The notes: generated by a model from the letters alone, not told the origin. A stretch of DNA of 64,000 nucleotides from an uncultured Gammaproteobacteria bacterium (GCA_964397755.1 CAYNJY010000004.1:1117-65116); one strand, 5' to 3'; shown: positions 17,415-26,793, counted from the stretch's first letter. Translations and numbers: made by a program.

Positions 17415-18398
17415 TTAAAATAGATGCTCTGTCGCAAGCCGTGCTCCTCGCGCTGGTTTGTTCACAATAATCTGCTGTACTCCATTAACTTCGCGTACTC
17501 TTTCTAAAACTTTCGTTTCATCCTTCGCTTCGCAAATAAGATGAACATTAGGGCCTGCGTCGATGGTGAAATATACCGGTATTCCTTCTTTTCTCCAATC
17601 ACCGGCCGCTTTCATAATTTTTTTGGTACCCTCGTTCCAGTACAGAAGAGGTGGATTCTGTGTTTGCATCACCTGATGCATAGAGAGCGCGTCTTCTTCA
17701 ATTGCCGGACCGAGGGTAGACAAATTTTTTCCTTCTAATCCTTGCGTAACTCGTTTAATACGGTCTGGTAATTCCTGTAATCGTTTCTCAAAAAAAGGAC
17801 TCGTGTGTATCCCATTGTGTCCGGCGGAAGACGAAACATCTTTTGCGTTATTTTCCACAATGACCAATATATCTCGCAGATCCCAGTGCGTTGAGGGAAA
17901 AAGCGAATACGCATACGAATCATCTGACGTTTCGCCTGTTTTCCACTCAACAAATCCATCGGGAATCGACCGGCACGCAGAACCGGATCCAACGCGAGCG
18001 AGAATTGTTAATTCTTTTTCAGAAAGTGTCAACCCTAATGCTGTAGTTGCAGCGACTGTGAGGGCGGCAAATCCAGACGCAGAGGATGCTGCACCCGAGG
18101 ATTTCGGAAATGAATTTTTTGTTGCAACCCGGGCAAACAAGTTCTTCTCTAATTTTTCTCGTATCACATCAAGCTGTCGAACTACTCGTGCAACTTCAGA
18201 ATCACTGAATCCCCCCTTTTCAAGAAGATCAACCCTGTCCTTTAATAAATCTTTTGAAAATTCAACAGTTGTTGTCGTCGTCGAAGCACTAAGATTCATC
18301 GAAATGGAAGTATTATGGGGAAGCCGAAGTTTTGCATCTTTTCGACCCCAATATTTGATAAACGCAATGTTTGCCGGAGCGATTGCTGTGGTTCTCAT
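17415..18398 (-). CDS. mvaD: diphosphomevalonate decarboxylase
   Basis: 327 aa, N-terminal APANIAFIKYWGRKD and a GHMP-kinase fold. It is the last gene of the mevalonate operon. Confidence 0.85.
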   Translation of the reverse strand: MRTTAIAPANIAFIKYWGRKDAKLRLPHNTSISMNLSASTTTTTVEFSKDLLKDRVDLLEKGGFSDSEVARVVRQLDVIREKLEKNLFARVATKNSFPKSSGAASSASGFAALTVAATTALGLTLSEKELTILARVGSGSACRSIPDGFVEWKTGETSDDSYAYSLFPSTHWDLRDILVIVENNAKDVSSSAGHNGIHTSPFFEKRLQELPDRIKRVTQGLEGKNLSTLGPAIEEDALSMHQVMQTQNPPLLYWNEGTKKIMKAAGDWRKEGIPVYFTIDAGPNVHLICEAKDETKVLERVREVNGVQQIIVNKPARGARLATEHLF

Positions 18399-19303
18399 AG
18401 TTCTATCCTCACCCCTTCTGCATTCGGACGGACATCTAGTGCCTGTCCGCCTGCTTGTTGTATTGCCTTGCTTATCTCTTCTCTCTTATCGCTTTTTGCA
18501 AGGGCAATCATGCAATCTCCGCCGCCTGCGCCAGAAAGTTTTGCCCCCCAAGCCCCGGCGCGCTTGGCAGCGCTGATTAAGTCCTCAAGCTTCTGTGTGC
18601 TGACACCCAGATCCCGCAAGTACTCCTGATTAAAATCCATAAGCTTCCCGAGCCGTTCCCAGTTTTGAGAAAGAAGCGCTTCTTTTCCGCTAGCCACAAG
18701 TTTTCCGACCCCTTGCATGATTCGATCTACTTTTTCCGGATATGCTTCTCTCTTTCTCCCAACGTCGCGCACAAGCTCAACAGTATCCGCTTTCACTCCT
18801 GTATAGCCAACAACAAGAGGAATGGTGCCTACCGCTAACGGCTCGGCGGTCTTCCTTGAACCCGTATAATATACTGTTCCTCCCCAGACTGCTGCTGCGA
18901 CATCAAATCCAGAACCAACTCCTTGCACGGAAAGCACTGCTCTGTAGGACAACTCAAAAAGCTCTCTTTGGCCAACTACTTTCTCATACAACATACTCAG
19001 AGCCTTGAGCGTTGCAACGGTCACTGCGGAAGAGGATCCAAAACCATAGCCGTTGAGCTGTCCTTGGGTCGTGATTCGAATGCCTCCATCTGTGCCCCAT
19101 GCCTTCTTGGCAACGCCGATCGCCGCGTCGATGAACCGCGTATCATGTACCTGCGGCGAGTTAATGATACTTTTGTATCCTTTACTCTTTTCAACTGTCA
19201 CTGAAAGCCTTTGATCAACCGCCGTCACAATGCACGGCTGTCCATAGACCACCGCGTGTTCCCCCATGAGCAGTAATTTCCCTGGAGCGGAAACCTTAAC
19301 CAT
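18395..19303 (-). CDS. mevalonate kinase (GHMP kinase family)
   Basis: 302 aa with N-terminal SAPGKLLLMGEHAVVYG and a GHMP glycine-rich motif (GYGFGSSSAVTVA). Confidence 0.75.
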   Translation of the reverse strand: MVKVSAPGKLLLMGEHAVVYGQPCIVTAVDQRLSVTVEKSKGYKSIINSPQVHDTRFIDAAIGVAKKAWGTDGGIRITTQGQLNGYGFGSSSAVTVATLKALSMLYEKVVGQRELFELSYRAVLSVQGVGSGFDVAAAVWGGTVYYTGSRKTAEPLAVGTIPLVVGYTGVKADTVELVRDVGRKREAYPEKVDRIMQGVGKLVASGKEALLSQNWERLGKLMDFNQEYLRDLGVSTQKLEDLISAAKRAGAWGAKLSGAGGGDCMIALAKSDKREEISKAIQQAGGQALDVRPNAEGVRIEL

Positions 19304-20306
19304 ACAAATGTCTCAATCCGACCAATAATTTTTTTCGTTTCTGTTCCAGCCGTATCCCCTCTTCTCCTAATTGGATCTCTTGCAAAGTATATCCGTGAGG
19401 CCGACAGACGGCTTCTACAATTTTGCGCTGCCGATGGTAGCAGAGGAGAAACCCTACCGGGCCGCTCCTGCCGCCCCCTCCGAGGATTTTGGCTGCACCT
19501 CCGGCCTTCTCAATTGAACGGATGAGAGGAATAACCCTCCGGCTCACCACGCCCATACCCTCGAGTGTTCGCAGGCCTTTACGGATAGCGCTCTTAAGTT
19601 TTTCTTCGTTCCCTTGTTTGAGCGCTGCTGTTACCCTTCTTACCTGCTCTTCATTTTCATTAAACAATTTCTCCATTTTTGATTTTTGATATTTGACTTT
19701 TGCTTTTACGTACGCCACCATCTCTCCGGTTGTCTCCTTGGGTCTTCCGGTATCAACGAGGAAAAAGTGGTCGAGCTCTGGCGGCAGTTTTATCGGCAGC
19801 TGCCAAAAACTTCGTAAAAATTCAAGTTCTTTCCGATACCAGAGAAACCCGCCGAAGGTTACCGCTGTATTATCTCCGCCGGACGGGTTGCCGTGCATTT
19901 TTTTCTCGACTTCATAGGCAAGCTGGTTGATGGCCACCGGGTTCCAGACTTTTTTTAGAAAATAGATGAGCGCTCCAACTGTCGCGACGGCCACTGCAGC
20001 CGAAGATCCCACGTGATATCCTGCCGGAATTTGAGATGAAACAGTAACTTTAAGCTTCGGCAAGCTCTCCAGCTTAAGGTGCTCGCGCACTTTCTCGACT
20101 GCATGCCGCACATAGTCCATCGACTCACTTGCTTCAATCAATAATGTGTTACTTGTTGATGGGTGCTTGTCCCGAGTCTTTCCGGGGGAGTGGGTAATGG
20201 TTACAAAGAGCCGCAGGTTTACGGCGGCGATGAGGGCCGGCTTGCCGTAGACCACCGCGTGTTCCCCCATTACATGAATTTTACCGGGAACGGAGACTGT
20301 TACCAT
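19296..20306 (-). CDS. second GHMP kinase of the mevalonate operon (probable phosphomevalonate kinase)
   Basis: 336 aa with VPGKIHVMGEHAVVYG and a GHMP motif (GYHVGSSAAVAVA). It is a paralog of the adjacent kinase. An oligo-repeat encodes KAKVKYQKSKM in frame. Confidence 0.65.
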   Translation of the reverse strand: MVTVSVPGKIHVMGEHAVVYGKPALIAAVNLRLFVTITHSPGKTRDKHPSTSNTLLIEASESMDYVRHAVEKVREHLKLESLPKLKVTVSSQIPAGYHVGSSAAVAVATVGALIYFLKKVWNPVAINQLAYEVEKKMHGNPSGGDNTAVTFGGFLWYRKELEFLRSFWQLPIKLPPELDHFFLVDTGRPKETTGEMVAYVKAKVKYQKSKMEKLFNENEEQVRRVTAALKQGNEEKLKSAIRKGLRTLEGMGVVSRRVIPLIRSIEKAGGAAKILGGGGRSGPVGFLLCYHRQRKIVEAVCRPHGYTLQEIQLGEEGIRLEQKRKKLLVGLRHLYG

Positions 20307-20337
20307 ACAACAACTGCAAATTTTAAAGTTTGAATTT

Positions 20338-20643
20338 TTAAGTACCCAATGGTTTCACCTTTATCCCATACGGAATCACCCCGTCAGGGTCAGGGTGCGT
20401 GACGCGGCGGATAACTGTCACCACCTTCATCCCAATACGTGATTTTTCCTCGGTCGGGTCGACCAGTTGTGCCATGATGCGTCCTCCTCCGCTAAGCGCC
20501 ACGATAACCACCGGGTACGGAGCTTGATCGCTAAATTCTGCCGGCGGTACGCGGACAATTGTCCACGAAATAATCTTCCCTTCCTTGCCGAGAAGGGCTG
20601 CTACTTTTTTCTGATTCCGCCAAATTTTGACCGGACTAAGCAT
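20338..20643 (-). CDS. DUF35-type OB-fold protein (thiolase/HMG-CoA synthase scaffold family)
   Basis: 101 aa OB-fold-like protein located between thiolase and the kinases. This is the position of the DUF35 scaffold in archaeal-type mevalonate operons. No zinc-ribbon part is present. Confidence 0.55.
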   Translation of the reverse strand: MLSPVKIWRNQKKVAALLGKEGKIISWTIVRVPPAEFSDQAPYPVVIVALSGGGRIMAQLVDPTEEKSRIGMKVVTVIRRVTHPDPDGVIPYGIKVKPLGT

Positions 20644-20650
20644 AGGGTAA

Positions 20651-21832
20651 TTACCTTTGTACTATGTGTACCACCGCTGTCGCGCCGCTGCCGCCGACAT
20701 TGTGCGCGAGGCCCACCCGCGCTCCTTTGACTTGACGGTTGCCCGCACGTCCTCGCAGCTGTTCAAACAGCTCAACGACTTGTTTGACTCCGGTTGCCCC
20801 CACCGGGTGTCCACACCCTTTGAGTCCTCCTGATGGATTCACAACCCGCTTCTTTGCTCTGCCGAGGGTCACTTCGCCTCGTGCGACCCCAGAAGCTGCT
20901 TCACCTTTTTTGTAAAAGCCAAGGTCCTCAAGAGCCAAGATTTCAGCAATGGTGAAACAGTCATGGAGCTCAACGACGTCGACGTCTTTTGTCCCGAGTC
21001 CAGCTTGTTCATATGCCCGCTTGGCTGCCTCCCGCGTTGCCTTAAGCTCTGTCAGGCTTTCTCTCTGCGCCAGCCCGAGAGTATCCGTCGCCACAGCAGA
21101 AGCAATAATTTTAACGGCTTTTTTGGTCATTGAAATTTGCTTGCCCTGAGTCTTACCGAAGGGGGATCTGTGATTTGCCGTCAGAATGACGGCTGCCGCT
21201 CCATCCGATATCGGCGAACAGTCCAGAAGCTTGAGGGGGTCGGCGACGCAGCTACTTTTCATAACGTGTTCCACGGTTAAGACCGTGCAAAACTGCGCGT
21301 TGGGGTTCAGCGAGGCATGAAAGTGGTTTTTGACCGCTACGGCCGCAAGCTCCTCTTCGCTCGTCCCGAATTCTCTCATGTGTACGTGAGCCAAAAGGGC
21401 GTAAAGCCCCGGAAATGTGGCGCCGGCGAGCCGCTCCTCGTCGCTTCCTGCGCCCATGAGGGCGGTGGCGACATCCTCGGGCTTGTGGTCCGTCATTTTC
21501 TCTACCCCCAAAACCGCCACCGTTTTGTACTGACCTGAAAGAATACTATTGATGGCTGTGTGAAGCGCCAGTCCGCCGGAAGCACACGCGCCTTCTACTT
21601 TAAATGCGGGAACAAGAAGTCCCAGTTCTTCGGCAAAAAACGCGCCCAAATGCTCCTGTCCGCCGAGCATGCCCGAGAGCATGTTGCCCACGAAAAGTGC
21701 TTCGATATCAGAAACTGATATCTCAGCATCGCCAAGCGCGTCGCTGACCGCTTGCCGCGCGAGCGTTCGGGGAGACACTCCCCAGAGCTCACCGAACTTC
21801 GTGGTTGCTGCACCGATTATTGAAACGTCCAT
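20651..21832 (-). CDS. acetyl-CoA acetyltransferase (thiolase)
   Basis: 393 aa. Active-site Cys regions (VEGACASGGLALH, GHPVGATG) and thiolase N- and C-terminal domains. Confidence 0.85.
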   Translation of the reverse strand: MDVSIIGAATTKFGELWGVSPRTLARQAVSDALGDAEISVSDIEALFVGNMLSGMLGGQEHLGAFFAEELGLLVPAFKVEGACASGGLALHTAINSILSGQYKTVAVLGVEKMTDHKPEDVATALMGAGSDEERLAGATFPGLYALLAHVHMREFGTSEEELAAVAVKNHFHASLNPNAQFCTVLTVEHVMKSSCVADPLKLLDCSPISDGAAAVILTANHRSPFGKTQGKQISMTKKAVKIIASAVATDTLGLAQRESLTELKATREAAKRAYEQAGLGTKDVDVVELHDCFTIAEILALEDLGFYKKGEAASGVARGEVTLGRAKKRVVNPSGGLKGCGHPVGATGVKQVVELFEQLRGRAGNRQVKGARVGLAHNVGGSGATAVVHIVQR

Positions 21833-21908
21833 AATCTATACATCTGCACATGGCAAATCTGCGTCAGTCATGTATTTGCTTATTTGTAGATTTGTTTATT
21901 TGTAGATT

Positions 21909-22952
21909 TTAAATCGTATGTGTCTGCTTCAAATACTGCACGTAATCAATGTACGTCTTGTCCTTCATCTGATCTCTCACCGTCATCTTTCTCGTCGTTC
22001 GTTGTTTGTTGTATGGTGTAAGTCCGCGGGTTGTTTCAAAAAGCAGCGCGTCGCTTCCGGCCCCCGACCCGTACGACACCATGAAAATTCTCTCGCCTGG
22101 TTTGGCAATATCGAGAACCGCGGCTAAACCGACCATTGACGATGCCGAGTAGGGGTTCCCAATCTGATCAACAACAAGTGATGGCGCGAGCTGTTCCATA
22201 GCAAATCCGAGTCGATCAGCAACAATCCGCGGAAATTTCCCATTCGGCATGTGGAACACGCAGTAGTCGATGTCTTGCGGTTTGATGTGGATCTTTTCAA
22301 AAAGGCGAAGCGCCGCCCCTGTAACGTGCGCAAAGTATGCCGGCTCTCCGGTAAAACGGCCCGCATGCGACGGGTAGCGGATCCCGTCGCGTCGCCAAAA
22401 ATCAGGCGTATCTGAGGAGTAGGATGTGTAAGCAAGAAGTTTTGCAACTACCTTTTCTTTTCCAAGGAGAAATGCTGCTCCTCCCGCTGCCGACGTGTAT
22501 TCAAGAACATCGTGGGGTTTGCTCTGCGCCGTATCGGATCCGATTGCAAGTCCGTACCGTGCCTGCCCGCTTGTGATGAACACTGCGATTGCCTGCATGC
22601 CAGCGGTACCAGCTTTGCAGGCAAATTCAAGATCCGCCGCCAGATAATTGTTTCCAATGCCTAAAAGCTCACCGACTATTGTCGACGTCGGGTTGACGGC
22701 ATAGGGATGGCTCTCTGACCCAACAAGTAAGGCTTCAATATCCGAGGGTTTACCCTTCCATGCCTGAAGACACCTCAAGGAAGCCTCAACGGCGATGGTG
22801 ACCGCGTCCTCGTCGTAGGCAGGAACAGCCTTCTCTGTGAGTCCTAAAGATCTGGTGACCTCGCCCGGATCCTTTCTCCACGCCGAGGCAATATCGGCGA
22901 CCTTGAGCCGATACTCTGGAATATAGATGCCGTAGGAAACAATGCCAACCAT
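21909..22952 (-). CDS. hydroxymethylglutaryl-CoA synthase
   Basis: Start at ATG 22952 (MVGIVSYGIYIP...). The HMGS-type condensing-enzyme fold carries the catalytic Cys region (AGSDALLFE..). The upstream extension in the ORF track is made of repeat sequence. Confidence 0.85.
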   Translation of the reverse strand: MVGIVSYGIYIPEYRLKVADIASAWRKDPGEVTRSLGLTEKAVPAYDEDAVTIAVEASLRCLQAWKGKPSDIEALLVGSESHPYAVNPTSTIVGELLGIGNNYLAADLEFACKAGTAGMQAIAVFITSGQARYGLAIGSDTAQSKPHDVLEYTSAAGGAAFLLGKEKVVAKLLAYTSYSSDTPDFWRRDGIRYPSHAGRFTGEPAYFAHVTGAALRLFEKIHIKPQDIDYCVFHMPNGKFPRIVADRLGFAMEQLAPSLVVDQIGNPYSASSMVGLAAVLDIAKPGERIFMVSYGSGAGSDALLFETTRGLTPYNKQRTTRKMTVRDQMKDKTYIDYVQYLKQTHTI

Positions 22953-22954
22953 AT

Positions 22955-22985
22955 GTTTCAAATCCCAAATCTCAAATCCCAATGT
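22955..22985. repeat. oligomer tandem repeat (CAAATCC-type x4) at the HMGR/HMGS junction
   Basis: caaatcccaaatctcaaatcccaatg. It spans the HMGR stop and the 20-nt gap before the HMGS start. Confidence 0.8.
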
Positions 22986-24153
22986 CCAAGCCTCGCGCCA
23001 AGCGCTGGTGTGCCGCTGCAAGCGTCCCTTCAGATAGCGAGGCCAGAAGCGATAGCTCACCGGCAAGCACTGCTCCTGCTACTATCTCTGCAAACCTCTC
23101 TGCGTTCTCTCCCTTGTTTCCTCCTGCAACACCCAGTATCTCAAGCGCTTCCTTCTGTGTCGCCAGCCCCGTCCCCCCGCCCACCGTCCCGACCATGAGA
23201 TTAGGAAGGTACACGCTCACATATACATCTTCATTTCTTCCGTTTTCCTTTCTTACGACTTCCATCGTCGTTATGCCAAGCGCTCCCTCGGCGACGTGCC
23301 CGGGATCCTGTCCAGTCGCAAGAAACAGCGCCGCGACAACGTTGGCGTATTGGGCGTTGAATCCCACCGACCCGCTCATGGCTGAACCGATCATACATTT
23401 AGCTAACCACACGTCAAAGATTTTCTGTGCAGAGGTTTTAAGAGTATGGCGAAGCACTGACGAAGGAAGTGTTACCTCAGCCCATACTTTGAACCCTCGC
23501 CCCTCAATCACATTGAGCCAGGATGGTTTTTTATCAACGTCAAAGTTTCCGGCTAAACTAACACAGCGCGCTCGGGTCTTTCGTTCAATTGTTCGAACAA
23601 TTGAACTCGTGGCGATGGTTGCCATATTCATCCCCATGGCATCCTGGGTATCAAAGACGAAGCGGACAAAGCAGTACCTTCCTACTCCCCGGGCGAGAAA
23701 TTTTTTGAGGGTTACGTGCGCTGAGGTCTTTTGGGCAATCTTTTGAAGCAGTTCGAAATGCTCCTCAAGAAAGTTGTTCAGTCGATCGTTTTGGGCTAGG
23801 TTGGCCAGCTTAAATACCACACCCCGGGTGGCTCCCACCCGGTAGCTGTCCACCACCGCCCCACCACTCTCGGTTATTGCTTTACACCCGCGGTTAACCG
23901 ACGCCACCAGCGCCCCTTCGGTGGTAGCCAAAGGAATAAAATAACTTTTAACTTTTACCTTTAAACTTTTGACTTGTAATGGGCCGGCGACTCCCATGGG
24001 AATCTGCGCCACGCCGATCATGTTCTCGCAGTTACGGGAGGCGGCAACCGACTCGTCAAGGGTGAAGGAGCCGGTGTTTTTTAAATCGACTTGTAACTCC
24101 TTTTCCAAAGCCTCTCTTCTTTCCTTAACGGTCTTCATGTCGCGTAGCTTCAT
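22972..24153 (-). CDS. hydroxymethylglutaryl-CoA reductase
   Basis: HMGR signature regions (EGRGFKV, DAMGMNM, GTVGG). Start assigned to MKLRDMK; the upstream MFHCQKLNVTMEQ stretch is encoded by repeat DNA. The last residues (LDIGI) are encoded by a CAAATCC-type repeat. Confidence 0.8.
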   Translation of the reverse strand: MKLRDMKTVKERREALEKELQVDLKNTGSFTLDESVAASRNCENMIGVAQIPMGVAGPLQVKSLKVKVKSYFIPLATTEGALVASVNRGCKAITESGGAVVDSYRVGATRGVVFKLANLAQNDRLNNFLEEHFELLQKIAQKTSAHVTLKKFLARGVGRYCFVRFVFDTQDAMGMNMATIATSSIVRTIERKTRARCVSLAGNFDVDKKPSWLNVIEGRGFKVWAEVTLPSSVLRHTLKTSAQKIFDVWLAKCMIGSAMSGSVGFNAQYANVVAALFLATGQDPGHVAEGALGITTMEVVRKENGRNEDVYVSVYLPNLMVGTVGGGTGLATQKEALEILGVAGGNKGENAERFAEIVAGAVLAGELSLLASLSEGTLAAAHQRLARGLDIGI

Positions 24154-24235
24154 GGTTTCATGGCTACATTGCTCCATGGTTACATTGAGTTTTTGACAAT
24201 GAAACAATGTGGCAATGGAACAATGTTGTACTAAA
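24150..24235. repeat. CAATGNNN-type octamer repeats at the HMGR start
   Basis: catggtttcatggctacattgctccatggttacattgagtttttgacaatgaaacaatgtggcaatggaacaatgttg. This is near-identical to the copies at 9556-9592 and 46850-46878. Confidence 0.75.
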
Positions 24236-24848
24236 GGAACGGCACTTTAAAGATCCCCCACCGGTACATGAGCCAGCTGTAGGCAGCAAGGACCGGCGCG
24301 GTGAGCCCCCACACGGCGACAATCCGCGGGAGATCGAGCTTCATACCGAAACGGAGCGTAAGGTACCCAAGGATAACTTTCCAATAAAACAGGGTCGCAG
24401 AAAACACAAGATAGAGCGTGCTAAACGCCACCCCAAGGGCACGCTCTGTCCGGGGCGGAGGCAGGACCACGTAGAGGAGCGATGTTGCCAGAAACCACGC
24501 AGTCGTCGGAACGAGCGTATACGCCCACGTAAGCGCGAGAGAAGTCGCTCCCCCTCTTCCGCCAAATAGCCGCGAAATCAAAGAGAGCATAGCGACAGCA
24601 ATAAGATAGCCAAGAGCTGCACCGGCGGACAAAAGAACAAACTGCTTCGTCAGAAGGAACGGCCGGAATGCCGCAGTTTTGACGATTGAGGCGAGCGCAA
24701 AGTAGGCTGCCAACATAGCACCAATGTAGACAAGCTCCCAGAGACTCCCTCGATCAACAATCCTGCGGTACGTTTCGTACGGCCGTACCACAAGGCCGAT
24801 TATATTTCGGCAAAAAGAAACCCCGGCGATGAGAAGGTGGTCAACCAT
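24231..24848 (-). CDS. hypothetical polytopic membrane protein (Yip1-like?)
   Basis: 205 aa with 5 predicted TM helices. No catalytic motif recognised. Confidence 0.45.
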   Translation of the reverse strand: MVDHLLIAGVSFCRNIIGLVVRPYETYRRIVDRGSLWELVYIGAMLAAYFALASIVKTAAFRPFLLTKQFVLLSAGAALGYLIAVAMLSLISRLFGGRGGATSLALTWAYTLVPTTAWFLATSLLYVVLPPPRTERALGVAFSTLYLVFSATLFYWKVILGYLTLRFGMKLDLPRIVAVWGLTAPVLAAYSWLMYRWGIFKVPFL

Positions 24849-24886
24849 ACAGTAGCGCGTGGTAAGATATTAGTCGGAGCTGAAGG

Positions 24887-25114
24887 CTAAAACCCGCGCT
24901 GGAGGATGGTCACAAGCAGGGTGATTGCCGACCCAACGAGGAGGTACAACCCGACGACGGTAACCAGGCTTACCAGAACCAGAAGCGGCCACGGCATGAC
25001 CTTGAGCCGGCGGGCTAGCTCCTTATAAAACGGCGTCAGCGGCCCGAGTGTCTGGGGCGGAAGGTCGGTGACCTCCTCCCAGCGTTTTACGAACTTTTGA
25101 TATGTTGTTGTCAT
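24887..25114 (-). CDS. small single-TM membrane protein co-transcribed with the ECF sigma factor (anti-sigma candidate)
   Basis: 75 aa. Its start overlaps the stop of the sigma gene (ATGA). One TM helix (LLVLVSLVTVVGLYLLVGSAI). Confidence 0.4.
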   Translation of the reverse strand: MTTTYQKFVKRWEEVTDLPPQTLGPLTPFYKELARRLKVMPWPLLVLVSLVTVVGLYLLVGSAITLLVTILQRGF

Positions 25115-25650
25115 GTTGATAAAAAAAGCTCCACGAAGGCCTTCCGTGCGCGGAAGAGCCGAGATTCGGCGCTTTTGAACGTGATGGACAGTTTTTTCGC
25201 AATATCCTCGACCGAGAAGTCTTCCAGGTACTTAAGTGTCAGAACGTTGCGGTAGATGGGGAGGAGGCGAGCTAAAACATGGCGAATTTTTTCTTTGAGT
25301 ATCATCACGTCAAACTCCTCTTCCGGGCTCACGATCGGCGAAACCAGTGATTCAAGCTGGGGGAACTGAGAAAACACCACGTGCTTGATCTTCTTCTTGC
25401 GGTAGAAATCGACAATCTTGTGCTGGCAGATGGAAAACAGAAACGTCTTGATGCTCGCGTTCCCGTGGAAATCGCGGATTGCCTCAAGAAACCCAAACAG
25501 CGTGTCTTGAAGAATTTCTTCGACGTCGTTGGGATTCTGTACCTTCGCGAGGAGAAGTCGCCGGAGAAGCGGCGTATATGTTCTGTAAAAAGCCGCTAGT
25601 GCCTGCCGGTCGCGCCGGAGTATGTTTCGAACGAGCTCGTCATCCTTCAT
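25111..25650 (-). CDS. ECF-type sigma-70 family RNA polymerase sigma factor
   Basis: Start at ATG 25650 (MKDDELV...). Region 2 (VEEILQDTLFGFLEAIRDFHGNASIKTFLFSICQHKIVDFYRKKK) and region 4 (FSVEDIAKKLSITFKSAESRLFRARKAF). It is divergent from the pilin array. Confidence 0.75.
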   Translation of the reverse strand: MKDDELVRNILRRDRQALAAFYRTYTPLLRRLLLAKVQNPNDVEEILQDTLFGFLEAIRDFHGNASIKTFLFSICQHKIVDFYRKKKIKHVVFSQFPQLESLVSPIVSPEEEFDVMILKEKIRHVLARLLPIYRNVLTLKYLEDFSVEDIAKKLSITFKSAESRLFRARKAFVELFLST

Positions 25651-25687
25651 GGAGGAGGTAGTGGAGACTATACCACGGGGAGGGCTC

Positions 25688-25722
25688 GTTGACAACCGCC
25701 CTGCCCCTCACATACACTGATC
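25688..25722 (+). promoter_or_regulatory. sigma-70-like promoter for pilin paralog 3 (leaderless candidate)
   Basis: TTGACA, an 18-nt spacer, TACACT, then ATG about 3 nt after the -10. The TTG used as start in the ORF track is the first triplet of the -35 TTGACA. Confidence 0.35.
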
Positions 25723-25724
25723 GT

Positions 25725-26027
25725 ATGGATGGCGTCAATCTCGGCGATCCGTTGGTCTTTTCTCCTGCTACATCTTTCCCCACATTTGGGGATTTTGTTG
25801 GAATCGTCATAAAGAACGCGTTTGTCGTCGCGGGACTGTTAAGCTTTATCATATTGATTTTGGGCGGTTTCCGACTTATAGTAGCTGGTGGAGACACGAA
25901 GAAGCTTGATCAGGCAAGGGGAGCAGTCAGCGGTGCTGTTACTGGTTTGATTCTTGTGGTCTCATCGTACTGGATTGTACAGATAGTTGAAGCGATTACC
26001 GGTCTCCCACTATTATCACCCAAGTAG
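25725..26027 (+). CDS. VirB2/TrbC-like T4SS pilin family protein (paralog 3)
   Basis: VVAGLLSFIILILGGFRLIVAGGDTKKLDQARGAVSGAVTGLILVVSSYWIVQIV. Start assigned to ATG 25725. Confidence 0.6.
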   Translation: MDGVNLGDPLVFSPATSFPTFGDFVGIVIKNAFVVAGLLSFIILILGGFRLIVAGGDTKKLDQARGAVSGAVTGLILVVSSYWIVQIVEAITGLPLLSPK

Positions 26028-26031
26028 CTAT

Positions 26032-26382
26032 ATGGACAAGAATGTTTCGGACTTATTTGGTACGATCACAAATCCGCTGAATCGCTACGGCGGCCTTGAC
26101 GAAGACGGGCTTATCTTATTCCTCACAAACATACTTCGCTTGGTGTTCGTCGCTGCGGGCGTGTACGCTTTCCTCAACATCATCGTTGCCGGCTTCCAGT
26201 TCATGAACGCAGACGGTGATAGCAAGGCCATTGCTACTGCCTGGAAACGCATCTGGCAATCGCTCGTGGGGCTCGTTCTCATTACTGGGTCGTTTGCTCT
26301 CGCTGCTGTTTTTGGCTATCTCATATTTGGCGACGCGGGCTTTATCCTCCGACCGCGCGTCTTTGGCCCGGGAGGAGAGTAA
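26032..26382 (+). CDS. VirB2/TrbC-like T4SS pilin family protein (paralog 4, divergent loop)
   Basis: FVAAGVYAFLNIIVAGFQFMNADGDSKAIATAWKRIWQSLVGLVLITGSFALAAVFG. Same two-helix topology. The loop is diverged. Confidence 0.55.
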   Translation: MDKNVSDLFGTITNPLNRYGGLDEDGLILFLTNILRLVFVAAGVYAFLNIIVAGFQFMNADGDSKAIATAWKRIWQSLVGLVLITGSFALAAVFGYLIFGDAGFILRPRVFGPGGE

Positions 26383-26387
26383 AGCAT

Positions 26388-26792
26388 ATGGCAACACCAA
26401 CTGGAACACCGATCGGAGAAATTTCAGGACCAGGGCTCGGACCGTTTGGGACAATTACGAAAGAACTCGCCTCTGGTGAAGCCGGCGGTGTTACCGGCCT
26501 CCAAAAAGTCTCAAACATCATCTCGGGCATTATCGGCATCTTAACAGTCGCCGCAGGTATTTGGTTCATGATCCAGTTTCTCATCGGGTCCTTCTACTGG
26601 ATCACCTCTGGTGGAGATAAAGGGAAGCTTCAAGAAGCGAAAAACAGAATCACGCACGCGTTTATCGGCCTCATTATCGTCATTGCCGGCTGGTCGATTA
26701 TCGCCCTCATGGGTAAATTCTTCAATTTTGATATCCTCCTTTCTGAGCCAAGAACGATTATCCGAGGTCTCTACCCTGGAGGAGGTCAGTAA
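26388..26792 (+). CDS. VirB2/TrbC-like T4SS pilin family protein (paralog 5)
   Basis: IIGILTVAAGIWFMIQFLIGSFYWITSGGDKGKLQEAKNRITHAFIGLIIVIAGWSIIALMG. ATG start. A 1-nt gap separates it from the next paralog. Confidence 0.65.
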   Translation: MATPTGTPIGEISGPGLGPFGTITKELASGEAGGVTGLQKVSNIISGIIGILTVAAGIWFMIQFLIGSFYWITSGGDKGKLQEAKNRITHAFIGLIIVIAGWSIIALMGKFFNFDILLSEPRTIIRGLYPGGGQ

Positions 26793-26793
26793 C

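Noticed and set aside
22124-22968. Minus- and plus-strand ORFs 22124-22447, 22448-22657 and 22786-22968 inside HMG-CoA synthase
   Set aside because: They are alternative frames of the HMGS gene with no independent evidence.
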